A model generated the notes under the pieces. It was not told the origin of the DNA. It was given only the letters and a program-made list of their open reading frames with translations, and made no database searches. From NCBI GenBank assembly GCA_964016885.1, contig OZ024744.1, positions 73,470,001-73,534,000 of the forward strand: a stretch of DNA of 64,000 nucleotides. Direction: 5' to 3'. The stretch comes from Eledone cirrhosa (lineage: Eukaryota). Positions 1 to 16,700 of the stretch are shown here, one piece after another (position 1 is the first letter of the stretch; every line of letters begins with the position of its first letter). The position numbers and the translations under genes are program-made.

Positions 1-1
1 C

Positions 2-3000
2 ACCACAAACATTACCACCACAAACACTACCACCACAAACACTACCATCACAAACACTACCACCACAAACACTACCACCACAAACACTACCACCACAAAC
101 ACTACCACCACAAACACTACCACCACAAACATTACCACCACAAACACTACCACCACAAACACTACCACCACAAACACTACCACCAAAAACACTACCACCA
201 CAAACATTACCACCACAAACACTACCACCACAAACACTACCACCACAAACACTACCACAACAAACACCACCATCACAAACACTACCACCACAAACATTAC
301 CACCACAAACACTACCACCACAAACACTACCACCACAAACATTACCACCACAAACACTACCATCACAAACACTACCACCACAAAAACTACCACCACAAAC
401 ACTACCACCACAAACACTACCACCACAAACACTACCACCACAAACACTACCACCACAAACACTACCACCACAAACACTACCACAACAAACACCACCATCA
501 CAAACACTACCACCACAAACACTACCACCACAAACACTACCACCACAAACACTACCACCACAAACACTACCACCACAAACACTACCACCACAAACACTAC
601 CACCACAAACACTACCACTACAAACACTACCATCACAAACACTACCACCACAAACACTACCACCACAAAAACTACCACCACAAACACCACCACCACAAAC
701 ACTACCACCACAAACACTACATTCACAAACACCACCATCACAACCACTACCACCACAAACACTACCACCACAAACACTACATTCACAAACACCACCATCA
801 CAACCACTACCACCACAAACACTACCACCACAAACACTACCATCACAAACACTACCTTCACAAACACTACCACCACAAACACTACCACCATTAACACTAC
901 CATCACAAACACTACCACCACAAACACTACCACCACAAAAACTACCACCACAAACACTACCACCACAAACACTACCACCAGAAACACTACCACCACAAAC
1001 ACTACCACCACAAAAACTACCACCACAAACACCACCACCACAAACACTACCACCAGAAACACTACCACCATTAACACTACCATCACAAACACTACCACCA
1101 CAAACACTACCACCACAAAAACTACCACCACAGACACTACCACCACAAACACTACCACCACAAACACTACCAGCACAAACACTACCACCACAAACACTAC
1201 CATCACAAACACTACCACCACAAACACTACCACCACAGACACTACCACCACAAACACTACCATCACAAACACTACCATCACAAACACCACCACCACAAAC
1301 ACTACCACCACAAACACTACCACCACAAACACTACCAGCACACACACTAACACCACAAACACTACCACCACAAACACTACCACCACAAACACTACCACCA
1401 CAAACACTACCACCACAAACACTACCACCACAAACACTACCACCACAAACACTACCATCACAAACACTACCACCACAAACACTACCATCACAAACACTAC
1501 CACCACAAACACTACCATCACAAACACTACCATCACAAACACTACCATCACAAACACTACCACCACAAACACCACCACCACAAACACTACCACCACAAAC
1601 ACTACCACCACAAACACTACCACCACAAACACTACCACCACAAACACTACCATCACAAACACTACCACCACAAACACTACCATCACAAACACTACCACCA
1701 CAAACACTACCATCACAAACACTACCACCACAGACACTACCACCACAAACACTACCATCACAAACACTACCACCACAAACACTACCACCACAAACACTAC
1801 CACCACAAACACTACCACCACAAACACTACCATCACAAACACTACCACCACAAACACCACCACCACAAACACTACCACCACAAACACTACCACCACAAAC
1901 ACTACCATCACAAACACTACCACCACAAACACTACCATCACAAACACTACCATCACAAACACTACCATCACAAACACTACCACCACAAACACCACCACCA
2001 CAAACACTACCACCACAAACACTACCACCACAAACACTACAACTACAACCACTACCACCACAAACACTACCACCACAAACACTACCACCACAAACACCAC
2101 CACCACAAACACTACCACCACAAACACTACCACCACAAACACTACCACCACAAACATTACCACCACAAACACTACCATCACAAACACTACCACCACAAAC
2201 ACTACCACCACAAACACCACCACCACAAACACTACCACCACAAACACTACCACCTCAAACACTACCACCACAACCACTACCATCACAAACACTACCACCA
2301 CAAACACTACCACCACAAACACCACCACCACAAACACTACCACCACAAACACTACCACCTCAAACACTACCACCACAACCACTACCACCTCAAACACTAC
2401 CACCACAACCACTACCACCACAAACACTACCATCACAAACACTACCACCACAAACACTACCATCACAAACACTACCATCACAAACACTACCACCACAAAC
2501 ACTACCACCACAAACATTACCACCACAAACACTACCATCACAAACACTACCACCACAAACACTACCATCACAAACACTACCACCACAAACACTACCACCA
2601 CAAACACCACCACCACAAACACTACCACCACAAACACTACCACCTCAAACACTACCACCACAACCACTACCACTTCAAACACTACCACCACAACCACTAC
2701 CACCACAAACACTACCATCACAAACACTACCACCACAAACACTACCATCACAAACACTACCATCACAAACACTACCACCACAAACACTACCACCACAACC
2801 ACTACCACCACAAACACTACCATCACAAACACTACCACCACAAACACTACCATCACAAACACTACCATCACAAACACTACCACCACAAACACTACCACCA
2901 CAAACACTACCATCACAAACACTACCTTCACAAACACTACCATCACAAACACTACCATCACAAACACTACCACCACAAACACTACCACCACAAACACTAC

Positions 3001-6000
3001 CACCACAAACACTACCACCACAAACACTACCACCACAAACACTACCACCACAAACACTACCACAACAAACACCACCATCACAAACACTACCACCACAAAC
3101 ACTACCACCACAAACACTACCACCACAAACACTACCACCACAAACACTACCACCACAAACACTACCACCACAAACACTACCACCACAAACACTACCAGCA
3201 CAAACACTACCACCACAAACACTACCACCACAAACACTACCACCACAAACACTACCATCACAAACACTACCACCACAAACACTACCACCACAAACACTAC
3301 CATCACAAACACTACCATCACAAAGACTACCACCACAAAGACTACCACCACAAACACCACCACCACAAACACTACCATCACAAACACTACCATCACAAAC
3401 ACTACCACAACAAACACCACCACCACAAAAACTACCACCACAAACACTACCATCACAAACACTACCATCACAAACACTACCACAACAAACACCACCACCA
3501 CAAAAACTACCACCACAAACACTACCATCACAAACACTACCATCACAAACACTACCACAACAAACACCACCACCACAAAAACTACCATCACAAACACTAC
3601 CATCACAAACACTACCACAACAAACACTACCATCACAAACACTACCACCACAAACACTACCATCACAACCACTACCACCACAAACACTACCACCACAAAC
3701 ACCACCACCACAAACACTACCATCACAAACACTACCACCACAAACACTACCACCACAAACACTACCACCACAAACACTACCACCACAAACACTACCACAA
3801 CAAACACTACCATCACAAACACTACCACCACAAACACTACCATCACAACCACTACCACCACAAACACTACCACCACAAACACCACCACCACAAACACTAC
3901 CATCACAAACACTACCACCACAAACACTACCACCACAAACACTACCACCACAAACACTACCACCACAAACACTACCACCACAAACACTACCATCACAAAC
4001 ACTACCACCACAAACACTACCACCACAAACACTACCACCACAAACACTACCATCACAAACACTACCATCACAAACACTACCACCACAAACACTACCACCA
4101 CAAACACTACCATCACAAACACTACCACCACAAACACTACCACCACAAACACTACCACCACAAACACTACCACCTCAAACACTACCACCACAAACACTAC
4201 CACCACAAACACTACCACCACAAACACTACCACCACAAACACTACCACCACAAACATTACCACCACAAACATTACCACCACAAACACTACCACCACAAAC
4301 ACTACCACCACAAACACTACCACCACAAACACTACCACCACAAACACTACCACCACAAACATTACCACCACAAACACTACCACCACAAACACTACCACCA
4401 CAAACACTACCACCACAAACATTACCACCACAAACACTACCACCACAAACACTACCACCACAAACACTACCACCACAAACACTACCACCACAAACATTAC
4501 CACCACAAACACTACCATCACAAACACTACCACCACAAACACTACCACCACAAACACTACCACCACAAACACTACCACCACAAACACTACCACCACAAAC
4601 ATTACCACCACAAACACTACCACCACAAACACTACCACCACAAACACTACCACCACAAAAACTACCACCACAAACACTACCACCACAAACACTACCACCA
4701 CAAACACTACCACCACAAACACTACCACCACAAACACTACCACCACAAACACTACCACCACAAACACTACCACCACAAACACTACCACCACAAACACTAC
4801 CACCACAAACACTACCACCACAAACACTACCACCACAAACACTACCACCACAAACACTACCACCACAAACACTACCACCACAAACACTACCACCACAAAC
4901 ACTACCACCACAAACACTACCACCACAAACACTACCACCACAAACACTACCACAACAAACACCACCATCACAAACACTACCACCACAAACATTACCACCA
5001 CAAACACTACCACCACAAACACTACCACCACAAACATTACCACCACAAACACTACCATCACAAACACTACCATCACAAACACTACCACCACAAACACTAC
5101 CACCACAAACACTACCACCACAAACACTACCACCACAAACACTACCACCACAAACATTACCACCACAAACACTACCACCACAAACACTACCACCACAAAC
5201 ACTACCACCACAAAAACTACCACCACAAACACTACCACCACAAACACTACCACCACAAACACTACCACCACAAACACTACCACCACAAACACTACCACAA
5301 CAAACACCACCATCACAAACACTACCACCACAAACACTACCACCACAAACACTACCACCACAAACACTACCACCACAAACACTACCACCACAAACACTAC
5401 CACCACAAACACTACCACCACAAACACTACCACTACAAACACTACCATCACAAACACTACCACCACAAACACTACCACCACAAAAACTACCACCACAAAC
5501 ACTACCACCTCAAACACTACCACCACAACCACTACCACTTCAAACACTACCACCACAACCACTACCACCACAAACACTACCATCACAAACACTACCACCA
5601 CAAACACTACCATCACAAACACTACCATCACAAACACTACCACCACAAACACTACCACCACAACCACTACCACCACAAACACTACCATCACAAACACTAC
5701 CACCACAAACACTACCATCACAAACACTACCATCACAAACACTACCACCACAAACACTACCACCACAAACACTACCATCACAAACACTACCTTCACAAAC
5801 ACTACCATCACAAACACTACCATCACAAACACTACCACCACAAACACTACCACCACAAACACTAGCACCACAAACACTACCACCACAAACACTACCACCA
5901 CAAACACTACCACCACAAACACTACCACAACAAACACCACCATCACAAACACTACCACCACAAACACTACCACCACAAACACTACCACCACAAACACTAC

Positions 6001-9000
6001 CACCACAAACACTACCACCACAAACACTACCACCACAAACACTACCACCACAAACACTACCAGCACAAACACTACCACCACAAACACTACCACCACAAAC
6101 ACTACCACCACAAACACTACCATCACAAACACTACCACCACAAACACTACCACCACAAACACTACCATCACAAACACTACCATCACAAAGACTACCACCA
6201 CAAAGACTACCACCACAAACACCACCACCACAAACACTACCATCACAAACACTACCATCACAAACACTACCACAACAAACACCACCACCACAAAAACTAC
6301 CACCACAAACACTACCATCACAAACACTACCATCACAAACACTACCACAACAAACACCACCACCACAAAAACTACCACCACAAACACTACCATCACAAAC
6401 ACTACCATCACAAACACTACCACAACAAACACCACCACCACAAAAACTACCATCACAAACACTACCATCACAAACACTACCACAACAAACACTACCATCA
6501 CAAACACTACCACCACAAACACTACCATCACAACCACTACCACCACAAACACTACCACCACAAACACCACCACCACAAACACTACCATCACAAACACTAC
6601 CACCACAAACACTACCACCACAAACACTACCACCACAAACACTACCACCACAAACACTACCACAACAAACACTACCATCACAAACACTACCACCACAAAC
6701 ACTACCATCACAACCACTACCACCACAAACACTACCACCACAAACACCACCACCACAAACACTACCATCACAAACACTACCACCACAAACACTACCACCA
6801 CAAACACTACCACCACAAACACTACCACCACAAACACTACCACCACAAACACTACCATCACAAACACTACCACCACAAACACTACCACCACAAACACTAC
6901 CACCACAAACACTACCATCACAAACACTACCATCACAAACACTACCACCACAAACACTACCACCACAAACACTACCATCACAAACACTACCACCACAAAC
7001 ACTACCACCACAAACACTACCACCACAAACACTACCACCTCAAACACTACCACCACAAACACTACCACCACAAACACTACCACCACAAACACTACCACCA
7101 CAAACACTACCACCACAAACATTACCACCACAAACATTACCACCACAAACACTACCACCACAAACACTACCACCACAAACACTACCACCACAAACACTAC
7201 CACCACAAACACTACCACCACAAACATTACCACCACAAACACTACCACCACAAACACTACCACCACAAACACTACCACCACAAACATTACCACCACAAAC
7301 ACTACCACCACAAACACTACCACCACAAACACTACCACCACAAACACTACCACCACAAACATTACCACCACAAACACTACCATCACAAACACTACCACCA
7401 CAAACACTACCACCACAAACACTACCACCACAAACACTACCACCACAAACACTACCACCACAAACATTACCACCACAAACACTACCACCACAAACACTAC
7501 CACCACAAACACTACCACCACAAAAACTACCACCACAAACACTACCACCACAAACACTACCACCACAAACACTACCACCACAAACACTACCACCACAAAC
7601 ACTACCACCACAAACACTACCACCACAAACACTACCACCACAAACACTACCACCACAAACACTACCACCACAAACACTACCACCACAAACACTACCACCA
7701 CAAACACTACCACCACAAACACTACCACCACAAACACTACCACCACAAACACTACCACCACAAACACTACCACCACAAACACTACCACCACAAACACTAC
7801 CACCACAAACACTACCACAACAAACACCACCATCACAAACACTACCACCACAAACATTACCACCACAAACACTACCACCACAAACACTACCACCACAAAC
7901 ATTACCACCACAAACACTACCATCACAAATACTACCATCACAAACACTACCACCACAAACACTACCACCACAAACACTACCACCACAAACACTACCACCA
8001 CAAACACTACCACCACAAACATTACCACCACAAACACTACCACCACAAACACTACCACCACAAACACTACCACCACAAAAACTACCACCACAAACACTAC
8101 CACCACAAACACTACCACCACAAACACTACCACCACAAACACTACCACCACAAACACTACCACCACAAACACTACCACAACAAACACCACCATCACAAAC
8201 ACTACCACCACAAACACTACCACCACAAACACTACCACCACAAACACTACCACCACAAACACTACCACCACAAACACTACCACCACAAACACTACCACCA
8301 CAAACACTACCACTACAAACACTACCATCACAAACACTACCACCACAAACACTACCACCACAAAAACTACCACCACAAACACCACCACCACAAACACTAC
8401 CACCACAAACACTACATTCACAAACACCACCATCACAACCACTACCACCACAAACACTACCACCACAAACACTACATTCACAAACACCACCATCACAACC
8501 ACTACCACCACAAACACTACCACCACAAACACTACCACCAGAAACACTACCACCATTAACACTACCATCACAAACACTACCACCACAAACACTACCACCA
8601 CAAAAACTACCACCACAAACACTACCACCACAAACACTACCACCAGAAACACTACCACCACAAACACTACCACCACAAAAACTACCACCACAAACACCAC
8701 CACCACAAACACTACCACCAGAAACACTACCACCATTAACACTACCATCACAAACACTACCACCACAAACACTACCACCACAAAAACTACCACCACAGAC
8801 ACTACCACCACAAACACTACCACCACAAACACTACCACCACAAACACTACCACCACAAACACTACCACCACAAACATTACCACCACAAACACTACCATCA
8901 CAAACACTACCATCACAAACACTACCACCACAAACACTACCACCACAAACACTACCACCACAAACACTATCACCACAAACACTACCACCACAAACACTAC

Positions 9001-10762
9001 CACTACAAACACTACCATCACAAACACTACCACCACAAACACTACCACCACAAAAACTACCACCACAAACACCACCACCACAAACACTACCACCACAAAC
9101 ACTACATTCACAAACACCACCATCACAACCACTACCACCACAAACACTACCACCACAAACACTACATTCACAAACACCACCATCACAACCACTACCACCA
9201 CAAACACTACCACCAGAAACACTACCACCATTAACACTACCATCACAAACACTACCACCACAAACACTACCACCACAAAAACTACCACCACAAACACTAC
9301 CACCACAAACACTACCACCAGAAACACTACCACCACAAACACTACCACCACAAAAACTACCACCACAAATACCACCACCACAAACACTACCACCAGAAAC
9401 ACTACCACCATTAACACTACCACCACAAACACTACCACTACAAACACTACCATCACAAACACTACCACCACAAACACTACCACCACAAAAACTACCACCA
9501 CAAACACCACCACCACAAACACTACCACCACAAACACTACATTCACAAACACCACCATCACAACCACTACCACTACAAACACTACCACCACAAACACTAC
9601 ATTCACAAACACCACCATCACAACCACTACCACCACAAACACTACCACCACAAACACTACCACCACAAACACTACCACCACAAAAACTACCACCACAGAC
9701 ACTACCACCACAAACACTACCACCACAAACACTACCACCACAAACACTACCACCACAAACACTACCACCACAAACACTACCACCACAAACAATACCACCA
9801 CAAACACTACCACCACAAACACTACCATCACAAACACTACCATCCCAAACACTACCACCACAAACACTACCACAACAAACACTACCACCACAAACACTAC
9901 CACCACAAACACTACCACCACAAACACTACCATCACAAAGACTACCATCACAAACACTACCACCACAAACACCACCACCACAAACACTACCATCACAAAC
10001 ACTACCACCACAAACACCACCACCACAAACACTACCATCACAAACACTACCACCACAAACACTACCACCACAAACACTACCACCACAAACACTACCACCA
10101 AAAACACTACCACCACAAACACTACCATCACAAACACTACCACCAAAAACACTACCACCACAAACACTACCACCACAAACACTACTACCACAAACACTAC
10201 ATTCACAAACACCACCATCACAACCACTACCACCACAAACACTACCACCACAAACACTACCACCACAAACACTACCATCACAAACACTACCACCACAAAC
10301 ACTACCACCACAAACACTACCACCACAAACACTACCACTACAAACACTACCACCACAAACACTACCACCACAAACACTACCACCACAAACACTACCACCA
10401 CAACCACTACCACCACAAACACTACCACCACAAACACTACCACCACAACCACTACCACCACAAACACCACCACCACAAACACTACCACCACAAACACTAC
10501 CAGCACAAACACTACCATCACAAACACTACCACCAAAAACACTACCACCACAAACGCTACCACCACAAACACTACCACCACAAACACTACCACCACAAAC
10601 ACTACCATCACAAACACTACCACCACAAACACTACCACCACAAACACTACCACCACAAACACTACCACTACAAACACTACCACCACAAACACTACCATCA
10701 CAAACACTACCACCACAAACACTACCATCACAAACACTACCACCAGAAAGGCTACCACCACA
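2..10762 (+). other. NTTTT-register segment in frame +2, open at the 5' window edge
   Basis: Codons AAC ACT ACC ACC ACA stay in frame +2 until the 1-bp deletion at ~10763; no stop seen. It is absent from the ORF track because it has no ATG. Confidence 0.3.
2610..8370. repeat. Higher-order tandem duplication, period 2,865 bp (191 units), ~2 copies
   Basis: Rare variants recur at +2865: CACTTCA 2671/5536, AAG-AAG pair 3323/6188, TCA 4175/7040, CACAACA 4951/7816. The offset becomes 2880 near the end (5431/8311). Confidence 0.85.
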
Positions 10763-13700
10763 AAACTACCACCACAAACACTACCACCACAAACACTACC
10801 ACCACAAACACTACCACTACAAAGACTACCACCACAAACACTACCATTACAAACACTACCACCAGAAACCCTACCACCACAAACACTACCACCACAAACA
10901 CTACCACCACAAACACTACCATCACAAACACTACCACCACAAACACTACCACCACAAACACTACCACCACAAACACTACCACCACAAACACTACCATCAC
11001 AAACACTACCACCACAAACACTACCACCACAGACACTACCACCACAACCACTACCATCACAAACACTACCACAACAAACACTACCACCACAAACACTACC
11101 ACCACAAACACTACCACCACAAACACTACTACCACAAACACTACCACCACAAACACTACCACCACAAACACTACCACCACAAACACTACCACCACAAACA
11201 CTACCATCACAACCACTACCACCACAAACACTACCACCACAAACAATACCACCACAAACACTACCACCACAAACACTACCAGCACAAACACTACCACCAC
11301 AAACACTACCACCACAAACACTACCACCACAAACACTACCACCACAAACACTACCATCACAAACACTACCACCACAAACACTACCACCACAAACACTACC
11401 ACCACAAACACTACCACCACAATCACTACCATCACAAACACTACCACCACAGACACTACCACCACAAACACTACCACCACAAACACTACCACCACAAACA
11501 CTACCACCACAAACACTACCATCACAAACACTACCACCACAAACACTACCATCACAAACACTACCACCACAAACACTACCACCACAAACACTACCACCAC
11601 AAACACTACCACCACAAACACTACCATCACAAACACTACCACCACAAACACTACCACCACAGACACTACCACCACAAACACTACCACCACAAACACTACC
11701 ACCACAAACACTACCACCACAAACACTACCATCACAAACACTACCACCACAAACACTACCACCACAAACACTACCATCACAAACACTACCACCACAAACA
11801 CTACCATCACAAACACTACCACCACAAACACTACCACCACAAACACTACCACCACAAACACTACCACCACAAACACTACCATCACAAACACTACCACCAC
11901 AAACACTACCACCACAGACACTACCACCACAAACACTACCACCACAAACACTACCACCACAAACACTACCACCACAAACACTACCATCACAAACACTACC
12001 ACCACAAACACTACCACCACAAACACTACCATCACAAACACTACCACCACAAACACTACCACCACAAACACTACCACTACAAACACTACCACCACAAACA
12101 CTACCATCACAAACACTACCACCAGAAACCCTACCACCACAAACACTACCACCACAACCACTACCACCACAAACACTACCACCACAAACACTACCACCAC
12201 AAACACTACCACCACAAACACTACCACCACAAACACTACCACCACAAACACTACCACCACAAACACTACCACCACAAACACTACCATCACAAACACTACC
12301 ACCACAAACACTACCACCACAAACACTACCACCACAAACACTACCACCACAAACACTACCACCACAAACACTACCACCACAAACACTACCACCACAAACA
12401 CTACCATCACAAACACTACCACCACAAACACTACCACCACAAACACTACCACCACAAACACTACCACCACAAACACTACCACCACAAACACTACCACCAC
12501 AAACACTACCACCACAAACACCACCACCACAAACACTACCACCACAAACACTACAACCACAAACACTACCACCACAAACACTACCATCACAAACACTACC
12601 ACCTCAAACACTACCACCACAAACACCACCACCACAAACACTACCACCACAAACACTACAACCACAAACACTACCACCACAAACACTACCACCACAAACA
12701 CTACCATCACAAACACTACCACCAGAAACCCTACCACCACAAACACTACCACCACAAACACTACCACCACAAACACTACCACCACAAACACTACCACCAC
12801 AAACACTACCACCACAAACACTACCACCACAAACACTACCACCACAAACACTACCATCACAAACACTACCACCACAAACACTACCACCACAAACACTACC
12901 ACCACAAACACTACCATCACAACCACTACCATCACAAACACTACCACCACAAACACTACCACCACAAACACTACCACCACAAACACCACCACCACAAACA
13001 CTACCACTACAAACACTACCACCACAAACACTACCATCACAAACACTACCACCACAAACACTACCACCAGAAACCCTACCACCACAAACACTACCACCAC
13101 AAACACTACCACCACAAACACTACCACTACAAACACTACCACCACAAACACTACCATCACAAACACTACCACCAGAAACCCTACCACCACAAACACTACC
13201 ATCACAAACACTACCACCACAAACACTACCATCACAAACAGTACCACCACAAACACTACCACCACAAACACTACCACCACAAACACTACCACCACAAACA
13301 CTACCACCACAAACACTACCACCACAAACACTACCACCACAAACAGTACCACCACAAACACTACCACCACAAACACTACCACCACAAACACTACCACCAC
13401 AAACACTACCAACACAAACACTACCACCACAAACACTACCACCACAAACACTACCACCACAAACACTACCAAAACAAACACTACCACCACAAACACTACC
13501 ACAACAAACACTACCACCACAAACACCACCATCACAAACACTACCACCACAAACACTACCACCACAAACACTACCACCACAAACAGTACCACCACAAACA
13601 CTACCACCACAAACACTACCACCACAAACACTACCACAACAAACACTACCACCACAAACACCACCATCACAAACACTACCACCACAAACACTACCACCAC

Positions 13701-16700
13701 AAACACTACCACCACAAACACTACCATCACAAACACTACCACCACAAACACTACCACAACAAACACCACCATCACAAACACCACCATCACAAACACTACC
13801 ACCACAAACACTACCACAACAAACACCACCATCACAAACACCACCATCACAAACACTACCACCACAAACACTACCACAACAAACACTACCAGCACAAACA
13901 CTACCACCACAAACACTACCATCACAAACACTACCACCACAAACACTACCAGCACAAACACTACCACCACAAACACTACCATCACAAACACTACCACCAC
14001 AAACACTACCAGCACAAACACTACCACCACAAACACTACCACCACAAACACTACCACCACAGACACTACCACCACAAACACTACCACCACAAACACTACC
14101 ACCACAGACACTACCACCACAAACACTACCACAACAAACACCACCATCACAAACACCACCATCACAAACACTACCACCACAAACACTACCACAACAAACA
14201 CCACCATCACAAACACCACCATCACAAACATTACCACCACAAACACTACCACCTCAAACACTACCACTACAACCACTACCACCACAAACACTACCACCAC
14301 AAACACTACCACCACAAACACTACCACCACAAACACTACCACCACAAACACTGCCACCACAAACACTACCACCACAAACACTACCACCACAAACACTACC
14401 ACCACAAACACTACCACCACAAACACTACCACCACAAACACTACCACCACAAACACTACCACAACAAACACCACCATCACAAACACCACCATCACAAACA
14501 CTACCACCACAAACACTACCACCACAAACACTACCACCACAAACACTACCACCACAAACACTACCACCACAAACACTACCACCACAAACTCTACCACAAC
14601 AAACACCACCATCACAAACACTACCACCACAAACACTACCACCACAAACACTACCATCACAAACACTACCATCACAAACACTACCACCACAAACACTACC
14701 ACCACAAACACTACCACAACAAACACCACCATCACAAACACTACCACCACAAACAGTACCACCACAAACACTACCACCACAAACACTACCACCACAAACA
14801 CTACCACCACAAACACTACCACCACAAACACTACCACCACAAACATTACCATCACAAACACTACCATCACAAACACTACCACCACAAACACTACCACCAC
14901 AAACACTACCACCACAAACACTACCACCACAAAAACTACCACCACAAACACTACCACCACAAACACTACCACCACAAACACTACCACCACAAACACTACC
15001 ACCACAAACACTACCATCACAAACACCACCACCACAAACACTACCACCACAAACACTACCACCACAAACACTACCACCACAAACACTACCATCACAAACA
15101 CTACCATCACAAACACTACCACCACAAACACCACCACCACAAACACTACCACCACAAACACTACCAGCACAAACACTACCACCACAAACACTACCATCAC
15201 AACCACTACCATCACAAACACTACCACCACAAACACTACCACCACAAACACCACCACCACAAACACTACCACCACAAACACTACCACCTCAAACACTACC
15301 ACCACAACCACTACCACCTCAAACACTACCACCACAACCACTACCACCACAAACACTACCATCACAAACACTACCACCACAAACACTACCATCACAAACA
15401 CTACCACCACAAACACTACCACCACAAACACTACCACCACAAACATTACCACCACAAACACTACCAGCACAAACACTACCATCACAACCACTACCACCAC
15501 AAACACTACCACCACAAACACTACCACCACAAACACTACCATCACAAACACTACCACCACAAACACTACCATCACAAACACTACCATCACAAACACTACC
15601 ACCACAAACACTACCACCACAAACATTACCACCACAAACACTACCATCACAAACACTACCACCACAAACACTACCATCACAAACACTACCATCACAAACA
15701 CTACCACAACAAACACCACCACCACAAACACTACCATCACAAACACTACCATCACAAACACTACCACCACAAACACTACCACCACAAACACTACCACCAC
15801 AAACACTACCATCACAAACACTACCATCACAAAGACTACCACCACAAAGACTACCACCACAAACAATACCACTACAAACACTACCACAACAAACACTACC
15901 ATCACAAACACTACCATCACAAACACTACCACCACAAACACTACCACCACAAACACTACCATCACAAACACTACCATCACAAACACTACCATCACAAAGA
16001 CTACCACCACAAAGACTACCACCACAAACAATACCACTACAAACACTACCACAACAAACACTACCATCACAAACACTACCATCACAAACACTACCACCAC
16101 AAACACTACCACCACAAACACTACCACCACAAACACTACCACCACAAACATTACCACCACAAACACTACCACCACAAACACTACCACCACAAACACTACC
16201 ACCACAAACACTACCACCACAAACACTACCACCACAAACACTACCACCACAAACACTACCACCACAAACACTACCACCACAAACATTACCACCACAAACA
16301 CTACCACCACAAACACTACCACCACAAACACTACCACCACAAACACTACCACCACAAACACTACATTCACAAACACCACCATCACAACCACTACCACTAC
16401 AAACACTACCACCAGAAACACTACCACCATTAACACTACCATCACAAACACTACCACCACAAACACTACCACCACAAAAACTACCACCACAAACACTACC
16501 ACTACAAACACTACCACCACAAACACTACCACCACAAACACTACCATCACAAACACTACCACCACAAACACTACCATCACAAACACTACCACCACAAACA
16601 CTACCACCACAAACACCACCACCACAAACACTACCACTACAAACACTACCACCACAAACACTACCATCACAAACACTACCACCAGAAACCCTACCACCAC

